A stretch of 62,698 nucleotides of DNA from an uncultured Synergistaceae bacterium. Its GTDB lineage: Bacteria > Synergistota > Synergistia > Synergistales > Synergistaceae. The translations under genes and the position numbers were made by a program. Where the stretch lies: positions 1 to 62,698 of the forward strand of contig CALELF010000144.1 of the NCBI GenBank assembly GCA_937902895.1, written 5' to 3'. The notes under the pieces are model-generated. The model was given only the letters and a program-made list of their open reading frames with translations. It searched no databases and was not told the origin of the DNA. Positions 15,638-25,500 of the stretch are shown here, one piece after another. Numbering within the stretch: position 1 is the first letter of the stretch; each line of letters opens with the position of its first letter.

Positions 15638-18274
15638 TTAACCCATCATTTCTAAAAACACTTCTTGTGCCTTGGCAAATCCTTCCGCCAGTTTTGATGC
15701 GTCCTTTGCTCCGCCCTGTGCAGAAGTTGGTCTGCCACCGCCCTTGCCTCCCATAGCAAGTGCAGACTCTTTTAGGAGTCGTCCGGCGGAAGCCCCTGTC
15801 TTTGCCACTTCATCGGACGTTGCAGCGACAAGCACCACCGAGTTTTCAGCCTTTGACACACCTGCCAAAAAGACAAGGGAAGACGGGAATTTTTGACGGA
15901 TTCTATCGCTTATAACAAGCAACATAGCCGGTGAAATATCTTCAAACATCTCTGTTATGAGGTCAACGCCCTTTGCACTTTGAACAGGTTTAATCTTGCC
16001 CAATATATCGCCAAGCGCTGCCTTTATCTTGAGTTCTTTATTGTGATTTTCAAGCAGACGTTTTTCTTCAAGCATATCTGTTATTCTGTTGCAGAGGTCG
16101 TCCGTGTTTGTTCCAAGCATTGAAGTGGCAAAGGACATGATAGTAGCTGCGCGTTGTGCAAGAAGCTGTGCAGCCTTGCCACAAACTGCCGTAATACGCC
16201 TTACGCCACTTCCAATTCCCTCTTCTTTTATGATAGAAACAAGTCCAACTTCGCCAGTGCTTGTAACGTGGGTTCCGCCACAAAGTTCACAGGAATAGTC
16301 AAGCCCTGCTGTTACAACACGAACCGTATCGCCATATTTTTCGTCAAAGAGTGCACGTGCCTTTGTCTTCTTTGCATCTTCAAGGCTCATAATCTCTGTT
16401 GTAACTGGCTCAGCCTTTAACACATGCTCGTAAACTATCTGCTCAACCTCTGAAGCCTGTTCAGCGGTAAGAGGGGCAAAGTGGTTAAAGTCAAAACGTA
16501 AGAATGTTGGGGTAACAAGCGAGCCAGCTTGACGAACGTGTGGGCCAAGCACACGACTTAATGCTTCTTGCAAAAGGTGCGTCGCCGTGTGGTGACGGCG
16601 AATTTCCGCCCTACGTTCTACATATATGGAAGCTTTTACAACTTCTCCTACCTTGACTGTGCCATTTTTAACTGTGCTTTTGTGAACGCAAAGCCCAGCT
16701 GCGGGGTAGGTTGTGTTTGTCACTTCAATTTCAAATCCTTCTGCGGTGATTACGCCAGTGTCTCCCACTTGACCGCCTTTTTCTGCATAGAAAGGGGTCT
16801 TGTCAAGCACAATTTCGCATTCTCCCGTTGCTTCTTGAACAGTTTGTCCATCTTTTATGATAGCGATGACACGAGTTTCACATTCATTTTCTGTGTAACC
16901 CACAAAGTCTGTTACTTTTGTTTTGTCTGCTAGCTCAGTATAAACTGTTTTTGAAATCACGCCCTTTGTCTGCTTGCTTGAAGCACGAGCCCTTGCTCTC
17001 TGTTCTTCAAGGGCTGCAAGGAAGGCGTCTTTGTCTATTGATACATTATGTTCGTCGCAGATTTCCTCTGTCAATTCGTATGGGAAACCAAAGGTGTCAT
17101 AAAGTTCAAATGCCACACGACCATTAAGCACTTCTCCCTTAGCAAGTTTTGCGAGCTCTGCATCAAGCAATTCTGTGCCCTGTGCGAGGGTTTTGCCGAA
17201 ACGCTCTTCCTCAGTCGACAAGATTTGTTCAATTGTTGCTGAATGTTCAGTTAATTCTGTATAAATATCTCCAACAGAAGCACGAACAGAGGGTAAGAGT
17301 TTTGTCAAGAAAGGTTCTTCTATTCCTAATAATCTGCCAAAACGAACGGAACGACGAATTATACGGCGAAGCACATAGCCTTGACCGTCGTTTTGTGGCA
17401 AGATTCCGTCCGCTATCATAAAGGCAGCAGCTCTTGTATGGTCCGCAATGACCTTGACAGCCATATCTTTTTTCTTGTCCTCGCCATATTTAACATGAAC
17501 CAGTTTGCATGCTTCCTCCATAATTGGGCGGAAAAGGTCTGTCTCAAAATCGTTTGGCACGTTTTGGACGACGGAAGCAAGTCTTTCAAGCCCCATGCCT
17601 GTGTCTATATTTTTCTTGGGTAACGGTGTAAGGTTTCCATCTTTATCACGATTATATTGCATAAAAACAAGATTCCAAATTTCAAGGTATCTGTCACAAT
17701 CGCAACCAACTGTGCAAGTTGGTTTTCCGCAAGAGTATTCCTCTCCCTGGTCATAGATTATTTCAGAACAGGGGCCACAAGGTCCAACTGGCCCAGCTGC
17801 CCAAAAGTTGTCATCTTCGCCAAGGCGGAAAATGCGTTCCTTTGGCAAGCCAACGAGTTCGTGCCAAATGTTAAATGCCTCGTCATCGTCAAGATAAACC
17901 GTGGCATACAGCCTATTTGGATCAAGCCCAACCCATTCAGTCAGGAATTCCCAAGCCCAAGGGATAATTTCGTTCTTGAAGTAGTCCCCAAAGCTGAAAT
18001 TTCCAAGCATCTCAAAGAATGTGTGGTGCCTCGCTGTGCGTCCAACGTTTTCTATGTCGTTTGTGCGGACACACTTTTGAGCTGTGGTGGCTCTCGTCAC
18101 CTCTGGTGTTTTTAACCCAAGAAAATATGGCTTGAATGGCACCATACCGGCTATTGTAAAAAGTAGCGTTGGGTCGTCTGGAACAAGGGAAAAGCTCTTG
18201 TATCTCTTACAGCCCTTGCTCTCAAAAAATTTCAAAAATAATTCACGAAGCTCCTTGCCAGTTCTTTTTTGCAT
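15638..18274 (-). CDS. alaS: Alanine--tRNA ligase
   Basis: Class II AlaRS motifs are present (FFESKGC.....SLVP.DDPTLLFT.AGM, HHTFFEMLGNFSFGDYFK), as are the editing-domain HTATHLL and CGGTHV and a C-terminal DHHA1-like GGGRP. The start is set at ATG 18274 (MQKRTGKELR) with GGAG 8 nt upstream. Confidence 0.95.
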   Translation of the reverse strand: MQKRTGKELRELFLKFFESKGCKRYKSFSLVPDDPTLLFTIAGMVPFKPYFLGLKTPEVTRATTAQKCVRTNDIENVGRTARHHTFFEMLGNFSFGDYFKNEIIPWAWEFLTEWVGLDPNRLYATVYLDDDEAFNIWHELVGLPKERIFRLGEDDNFWAAGPVGPCGPCSEIIYDQGEEYSCGKPTCTVGCDCDRYLEIWNLVFMQYNRDKDGNLTPLPKKNIDTGMGLERLASVVQNVPNDFETDLFRPIMEEACKLVHVKYGEDKKKDMAVKVIADHTRAAAFMIADGILPQNDGQGYVLRRIIRRSVRFGRLLGIEEPFLTKLLPSVRASVGDIYTELTEHSATIEQILSTEEERFGKTLAQGTELLDAELAKLAKGEVLNGRVAFELYDTFGFPYELTEEICDEHNVSIDKDAFLAALEEQRARARASSKQTKGVISKTVYTELADKTKVTDFVGYTENECETRVIAIIKDGQTVQEATGECEIVLDKTPFYAEKGGQVGDTGVITAEGFEIEVTNTTYPAAGLCVHKSTVKNGTVKVGEVVKASIYVERRAEIRRHHTATHLLQEALSRVLGPHVRQAGSLVTPTFLRFDFNHFAPLTAEQASEVEQIVYEHVLKAEPVTTEIMSLEDAKKTKARALFDEKYGDTVRVVTAGLDYSCELCGGTHVTSTGEVGLVSIIKEEGIGSGVRRITAVCGKAAQLLAQRAATIMSFATSMLGTNTDDLCNRITDMLEEKRLLENHNKELKIKAALGDILGKIKPVQSAKGVDLITEMFEDISPAMLLVISDRIRQKFPSSLVFLAGVSKAENSVVLVAATSDEVAKTGASAGRLLKESALAMGGKGGGRPTSAQGGAKDASKLAEGFAKAQEVFLEMMG

Positions 18275-18353
18275 TTTACTGTCTCCGTTTCCTCTATGTA
18301 GTCTTTGCATATTTATCTAGTTTAGTGTCTGCGCATAGCACAAGCACCCCGAT

Positions 18354-18381
18354 ATTATAAAACTACTTTGTAAATTTACAA
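18354..18381 (-). promoter_or_regulatory. Putative sigma-70 promoter of alaS
   Basis: On the - strand: TTGTAA (18381-18376), a 16-nt spacer, then TATAAT (18359-18354), about 80 nt upstream of the alaS ATG. The -35 lies inside the perfect palindrome TTGTAAATTTACAA (18368-18381). Confidence 0.4.
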
Positions 18382-18434
18382 AATTTTTTGCAAAAAAAGC
18401 ACAATTTTGTTTCTGTCGGGCAATAATAAATTTT

Positions 18435-18454
18435 ATAGGTCAAAATAGGTCAAA
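18435..18454 (+). repeat. Perfect tandem 10-mer ATAGGTCAAA x2
   Basis: Read directly from the sequence. It lies in the long alaS / giant-gene intergenic region. Confidence 0.9.
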
Positions 18455-18898
18455 CGCTTTTTATTCTGCATTTATGTAATTTAGCAAGGTACGGGCACAT
18501 AAACACCCTTGATGTTACTAGCTTTCTTACTATATAAGAATTGTTATTTTATTTTACACCGCACGTAAGAAATGCAGGGAAGTTTTTGTGTTGGAAAAAT
18601 TACATAATATATAATTCCCCTTTTTCCTTTTGAGTTTTATTAAAGCATTTTTATATGCATAGGTTTACTTATATTATTCATACTTGAACCTATATTATGT
18701 AGAGCACATTTTCTCTAGCCGAGGTTCTTATATATAGAAGCAACAAACTATTCAAATTGTCCCAATTAGAGTGGAAAGCAAAATAGCCAATTATTAGTTT
18801 ACACATTGCTACGATTTACCCCCTCTTATAACGCCAAGCACCAATTTTAACAAAAACCATTGCAAGAACGTGTAAAAATGCATGTATAGATGTTAAAA

Positions 18899-18910
18899 CC
18901 CCCCCCCCCC
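18899..18910 (+). repeat. Homopolymeric C12 (G12 on the - strand) tract
   Basis: 12 consecutive C, read directly. It lies 579 nt upstream of the giant-gene ATG in non-coding DNA. Confidence 0.95.
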
Positions 18911-18979
18911 TCGTTAATAGGGGTAAAAACATTTTACAGGACAAATATACCTATGAGGCAAAAGTATAAGCTTATAGAG

Positions 18980-19000
18980 GCGTTGAGCGTTGAGCGTTGT
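18980..19000 (+). repeat. Heptamer tandem repeat GCGTTGA x ~3
   Basis: GCGTTGA GCGTTGA GCGTTGT, read directly. Confidence 0.9.
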
Positions 19001-19372
19001 GTGCGTTTTTTGTGTTGCTACGACTAGTTTTTATGCAAAGGCCTATCAAAAAATTTGTGTAACATTACATTTTATTGTTCGCAAATGTCTTTTATGTATT
19101 GCTTGCGTATGTTTTGTGCCTTTGGCACTTTTTCTGCTCAAAATTACGCACATAATCACCCTCCTCCGCCTTGAACAATTGTAATAAATATAAGTTGACA
19201 AGGTAAAACACTTTACAGGTTTAGGGTGAATATATTATGTAAGCAATACTGAAAAGAAGCCACACATTCAAAAACAAAAAAATGCGATAGAATATACGCT
19301 AAATACTTTATAAAAATAAATAAAATCCGCAAAAAACAAATTTTATGCAATTAAAATTTATAATAAAAAAGC

Positions 19373-19400
19373 TTGAAATTTGACAAAGTCTTGTTATAAT
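19373..19400 (+). promoter_or_regulatory. Putative strong sigma-70 promoter of the giant exoprotein gene (extended -10)
   Basis: TTGAAA (19373-19378), a 16-nt spacer, then TGT-TATAAT (19392-19400), 89 nt upstream of the ATG. An A/T-rich UP-like tract (TTTATAATAAAAAAGC) lies just upstream. Confidence 0.55.
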
Positions 19401-19488
19401 TCTCGTAACTTGTAATGCGTAGTATGCCCTACAAAGTGGGGCAACTTAAATTGCAAATAAATATATTACAGAAAGGTGTTGTTGGCTT

Positions 19489-19593
19489 ATGAAAAAGCAG
19501 CAGCGGATTGTTTCAAAGTTTAGGAGAGTGTTAAGCATTCTTTGTTTAATTGCGATGCTTTCACCAGATCCATTTGTTGTTCGTGCATGGGCA
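19489..19593 (+). other. Sec signal peptide of the giant protein (aa 1-35)
   Basis: The sequence MKKQQRIVSKFRRVLSILCLIAMLSPDPFVVRAWA|A has a long basic n-region, a hydrophobic core and an AxA-type site (AWA). There is no lipobox. Confidence 0.7.
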
Positions 19594-22500
19594 GCCACTC
19601 CGGCAGCTCCAGATGTAACGAATATCCAGATGGATACGAAGTTTGGTGGTAATACGGTAAAGGATACCGGAATGGCCCCCAAAAATAATCCAAATGGAAA
19701 AGTGCTTAATATAGAAGCACAACAGATTAAGGACAAAACCGGTGTTAACGTCTTTAAGCAATTTGACGTTAAGAAAGGCGATGTCGTTAATATGTTGTTC
19801 CAGAAAACGGGGTCGGATGGTGTTGTTAAATCAGCCGACACGCTCATTAATGTCATGAGAGGAGCGAAATTTAACATCGCTGGTGAAATCAATGCTCTAT
19901 ATAAGAAAGGACAGATTGGCGGCAATATGTTCTTTCTTAGTGACAAAGGCTTCGTCTTACAGCAAAGCGGTGTTATGAACGTTGGTTCCCTCTTTGTAAT
20001 GACGCCTTCGCGTAGTGCACTTGATGAATTCTTTTCTTATAGTGCAAACGGCATTAAAGGAACAACTTCAGAAGGTGTAGCTGGAGAGACAGGTGCATTA
20101 GAATGGGCCAAGTTGGCTAACTTCACAAAGAACCCAACAACCATTGCTTTAAACAGTTCTGGTACCATTACAATAAACGGAACGATCAATGCCTCTGCTG
20201 ATGTTCTTGCCAGAGCGGGACACGAGTTAGAAGTCAACGGTCTTATTAACGCTGGTAGCATTGTTGATTTTTCTAACCTTGTTCATATCCCTGATGATTT
20301 AAACCTTTCTGATAAAACACAACAGACTTCTGGTAAGGCTAGTGCGTTTGTTATAGGCGGTGACTCTGCCTATATTAGCGAGACAGTGGCGATACCAGGC
20401 ATGCCCAAAGAAACAACCTACTACTTTAAGACAACATCTGAAAATACAGAGATAAATTATAAGAGAACCTTAACAGCCAGTACGCTTTCCTCAGATGGAA
20501 AGACAATTACAAGAACATATACATGGACATCACCAGATGGAAAGGCGAGTTTCACCGAGCAAACACAAGTTGCTGTTGCAACCACCTCAAACCCAAATCC
20601 AAAAGAAAGCCATGTGAAATACGGCGGGACAGTGCCAAGTGGCTTTAACGCAAGTAACTATAAAGAGTCTTATGTGAGCGAGACAGTATCAAACTTCACA
20701 ACAGTTACTCCATCAACATCTGTCTTAATGTATTATACAGATGGTACTAATTGGTATGATCCAAGTGGCGCTGTATTAGCAGAAGAGCCAACCGGCAGAC
20801 AGGGTTATTCTGTTGTAACTGTTGCCAATAAGCAAACCAATTATTACACGCAAGATGGAACGTTTGTTGGTACAATTAAAAAAGAGTTAACAGGAACTGC
20901 TGACGGAAAGAATCAAACCATAAAAGACGTATGGACAACAGATAATGACGCGTATAAAAATGTGTCTGTAGTCAACTATACCCTAGACACTAAAAAAGAA
21001 ACCACAAGGGTTGATTTTGGAACAGGTGTTGACCTTGAGAAAACAAAAACAGTAATATATAAAGATAGCAAAGGAAATGACAAGTATTCACAGGTTGTAG
21101 TTACGGAAAAGAACGACGTTAGCAACGCGGTTTCCCTTGAGACCACAACTTGGGGTGATACGGGAGCTGTAACAAAAACAACAAGAAGTTATTCCTATGA
21201 AGCAGTCATAATAGATGGTGGTACTGTTAAACCAAAGAACACAGGTGCTGGAGTGTTGGATAACATTGTGGACACCTTTGTTTCTGGTTGGGGGGACGAA
21301 GAAGCACCTACTGCTTACATATATAGTAAGGGCAAATGGAAGGTCGAGCTTACAGGTGCTGAAGTCACAGATAATGACATACTTACGACGCTAAACGACT
21401 ATCGCACCAATCAAGAGAGTGTTTGGAGCGAAAAAATCAACGATGTTATATATTCTGTAACAGACGTTAACGGCACAGTATTTAATTATAACAAGACGAC
21501 TAATGAATTTTCTGTAGTTCAGACAACAGACGGAAAAGAAATAAAGACAGGAAGCTACGAGTATGTTGATTCATTGGGACAGAAGAAAACAGCAACAGTG
21601 CCAACCAGCACAAGTGCTCTTATTAACCTTGCTGGCAAAAATGTTACCTTTTCAGATTTAGTCCAGACAGCAGATACAAATCTCGGGACAAATCTTCCAA
21701 AGAAGCTTCTCGCAGCCCAGACAAATTCTGATGGTACATTAAAGAAAGATGGTGACAACAAGCCACAGCTGGTGAAATTTTCTGGCATACAGGGTAGTGG
21801 CAATATCACCTTGTCTGCTTATGCAAAAAATAATGTAAAGAATTACGACGAACCAGAAGCACCAGCAGAAGCAAAGTTGATTGAAAAACCATCAGACAAG
21901 ACAATAGGCGATGCTCCAGAAGCGCCAGAAAAGCCAACTGCCCCAGAAAAGCCAACAAATTCAGAAGGCGAAGAGCTCACAAAACCAGAGGATCCAAATG
22001 GTCAGCCTATGGTTGGTGGTGTGGAAAACCCAGGAGAGGAGCCACAGTTCACTCTTGAAGAGCCTCAAAAGCCAAAAGAATTTACCGGAAAGGCTCCAGA
22101 ACCATTCACCATGACCGAACCAACAAAACCAAGTGATAGTTATTATTATCAGCACTATGATGATTCTGAAGCAAAAGAAAGATATGAGAACTCAACAGCT
22201 TATAAAGATTATTTGTCTGAAAAACAAGCTTATGACACAGCTAAAAAGGCACACGATGAAGCTGTTATAGCTTATGATTCTGCTAAGTCAAAATATGAAG
22301 CAGATTTGAAGCAGTACGAGAAAGACAAAGAGGACTACGAAGCTACTCTCAATATGTATGCCTTCCTCCATGCAGAGTGGGTGGAACAAAAGGCTGCTTA
22401 TGATGAAGCAGTTAGTAAGCAAGACGAAAAGAATAAAGAAAATTACGTAAAAGATTGGAAAAATTACTATAAAGCACTAGATGAGTGGAATAATGGCGGA

Positions 22501-25500
22501 AAAGAAAAGGCTGAAGCAAAATATCAAAAAGACTACGAGGACTATGCTAAAAAGAAGGCAGAGTATGATGCAAAGGTAAAAGCTCTTGCTGATCAGCAAA
22601 AGAAATATACAAAAACCGCTACAGAAGGTCTTGTTTCCCAGTTGGTGGAAGAGGAAGTCAGAGTCCACAAAGTGGATGACAAGGACTTGAATGTAGTAGA
22701 TGCCAACGGTGACTACGTATATGAGAAAAACTCTGATGGCACTTATAAAGTAAAGGGTGACCCAACAGATACCACAACCTATTCCGGACAGTATACACAA
22801 CTTGTGGATTATTTACAGAACAGCAGAACCGATTTAACAATGGATGAGTCGGTTGACAAGAGTGCATACAAGAAACTTGTTGATGCCGGTCTTACGAAAA
22901 AGGCACAAGCGAACTTGACAGAGGATGTAACCCTCTATGTTGAAGCAAGGGTTGCCGGACTAGTTAGTAGTCAGTCTGACAAGATAGAATTAAAGACGAA
23001 GTCTGAAACGGTTTCTTACACCAATACTGTTGGTGCAGACGGCAGTGTAACCTTACAGGAAAACACAAAGACAGAGTCCTACTATGTATATAGTAAGGGC
23101 GGTAAATTCTACGACAAGAATGGCAAATCAGAGTATGCTGTAAAAAATGAAGATGGCAAGTTTATTCATAAGGAGACTGGTGAAGTCTTGCCAGACGATG
23201 CGGATGCATCTTTAAGAAAAATGAAAGATTACACAGCGGCAGATGAAGCCATACAACTTTCCAGAGATGAGATTGTTGGGGTTGTTATGACTGTCGGTAC
23301 CTATAAAGACGACGTCACTACGGAAGCAAACAAGATTAGAAAAGACAAAGAGCAGGCAGCAGAGATAGCCTTGAATGCAGTTAAGTCCTATGCACAAACC
23401 CAGGTTCAGAAAACGCTTGGCTCAATGTATGTTTCTAAAGATGGTACGAAGCTTTGCAATACGGCAGAAGAGGCTGGCGAAGGTGCTGTGAAGGCAGCAT
23501 CTGGCACAGGCAAGGATTTCAAATTATCAGATAATGCTATAAGCTACTATTATAACACTCTATATGAAAAGGATAAGGTTAGCTACACTAACAAGTATGT
23601 TGCTTGGCAGAACAAGCACCTTGCTTGGGAGAAGAAGACAGCAGCAGCTCTTTATAATAGTGTAGATAATTCTACCACCTTAAAAATTGGTGCAGATGCT
23701 GTTATCAAGGGCACAGGTGCTGTTAACATCAATGCCACAGCTGAGACAAATTCTCGCATGGCAACAAACTCTGCAGATTTAATAATTGCAGATAAGTACG
23801 AATATATTGGTACCGCTGAAGCAGGTAGAACCTATGAAATTACCTATGATGATACCAAGCTCACACTGACCTCTTATAAATTAAATGATGCAGGCGAAAG
23901 GGTAAATGTTACGACGGAAGATTTTACCTTCAACGAAGATGGAACCTTACCAGGAAGTGCAGCAAGCAAGATAGCAGCACATAAAGGTGCAACAATTTCA
24001 GGTGCAACGGTAAATATTACATCAGATGCAAAAGCAACAATTGAAGATGATGGTAAATTTGCCGGTGCTGCCAAGTTTGCCTATATCTTTGAGCAATACT
24101 TAAAGGGAAAGATAAACAGCTTCTCTACCGAGAAGATTACACAATTATTTAGTAATCTTCAACTTAGTGACACAGATTTTGACGCAGCAGCAACAGCTGA
24201 AGCGTTAATAGAACTTCATGATTTAAATCCTGAGCTTTCATTCTTAGAGCTTATTGATCTTGCTATTGATGGTAAGGTTACCGCAAAGGCAACAGGGCTT
24301 GAGGTAAAGATTAAGCGTCCTCTTCTTACTGGTACAGTGGCAACCGCATATAGATTGATAAAGGAAAAGGGTGCAAACCCTGCAAAATGGTCATTTAATG
24401 ACGTTAAGGCATTAATAAATAACGCTGCAAGTGAATTCCATAACTTGGCTGTCGTTGCAGATGCCATTTTGGCAGTACAGAATGTCTATGAGTCATATAA
24501 GGACTTTAAAGATCTGCTCAAGTCAGACATATCTAACCTAAAGAATGGTGCCGCAAATCTTCTCCACTTCTATAATAATCTTGGTCAGGAAGTTGATTTG
24601 ACGAAACAGGAGATAAAAGATCTCATCAACAGTTCCCCGGATAAAACTGCCCTTACAACCTATGGCTTCACGATTGAGCAACTGCAAAAAATGCTTAATT
24701 TTAAAGATTACGTTGACGAAAACGTTGAAAAATACAATAACCATCAGATGTCACAGACGGAGCTTGTTAGCCTTATACAGACTAATTATGACAGCTTAGC
24801 AAAAACTTTAGGTTTGCCGGTTTCTGGCAATTATATTGATTTGATTACAGGTACTCTTGATAAATTTAAGAAAAGCTACAACAATATTATCAAAGATGGT
24901 CAAAAATTTACTGACACAGATGCACTTTTAGAAGATCTAAAAACATTTGAGTCTAAGCTTGTTGGTATGGCTAGTAGCCTCTTGGCTGCTGGTGCAGCAA
25001 ATGCTACCAATGACATTATCGATGGTGTAGCTAAAGACACTATTGAGAAGTTGGCAGATAGGCTAGATATAGATGTTGATTTTGCTTTCATAGACAATAA
25101 GTCAACCTTGACAGTTGGTGAAGGTGCAAGCATCTCTGCCACGAAAAAGCCAAAATACGAAGATGTCCAAGATACAGAAGTGTATTTGGGCACAGAAACT
25201 GATGATCTAAAATACGAGCACAAGACAGTTTCTTGGGCATTTGACTTGATTGACCAGGTTGGCAAAGATGGCAAGTATGTCTATAACACGATTAAGGTTC
25301 CACAAAAACAACTTGACACAAGTGCAAGTGCAGCGGATCTTTTGTCTGCTCAGCTTGCTGCTGCAAATGGCACGCAGGTTTATTTAACAGCAGGACTCTT
25401 TGGCTATTTGACAGACGAGGAAGGCTACCTATTAGTAAAGGATGTTAATGGTAAAAATGTCAAGTTGAAGGATTCAGCTTCTCCAAACGGAATAAAGCTT

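Noticed and set aside
1846-18310. Longer N-termini given by the ORF track for several genes (2418, 4416, 6052, 7414, 10207, 13422, 18310; also 53974 and 55587).
   Set aside because: In each case an internal start has a proper Shine-Dalgarno at 6-10 nt, and the family-typical N-terminus begins there. The extensions overlap upstream genes or terminators.
18275-18420. A T-box riboswitch leader upstream of alaS, which is common in Firmicutes.
   Set aside because: The predicted 5' UTR is only about 70-80 nt. I could not find the conserved T-box sequence (complement of ...GGTGGTACCGCG) anywhere in 18275-18900 on the - strand.
18990-19184. A 64-aa Cys/Val/Leu-rich ORF in the leader of the giant gene.
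   Set aside because: It has a TTG start, no RBS and a hydrophobic composition typical of AT-rich non-coding sequence. It begins inside the GCGTTGA repeat.
19195-19200. A consensus TTGACA hexamer as the -35 of a second promoter for the giant gene.
   Set aside because: No acceptable -10 lies 16-19 nt downstream; the nearest TATATT is 30 nt away. It is kept only as a note next to the palindromic box.
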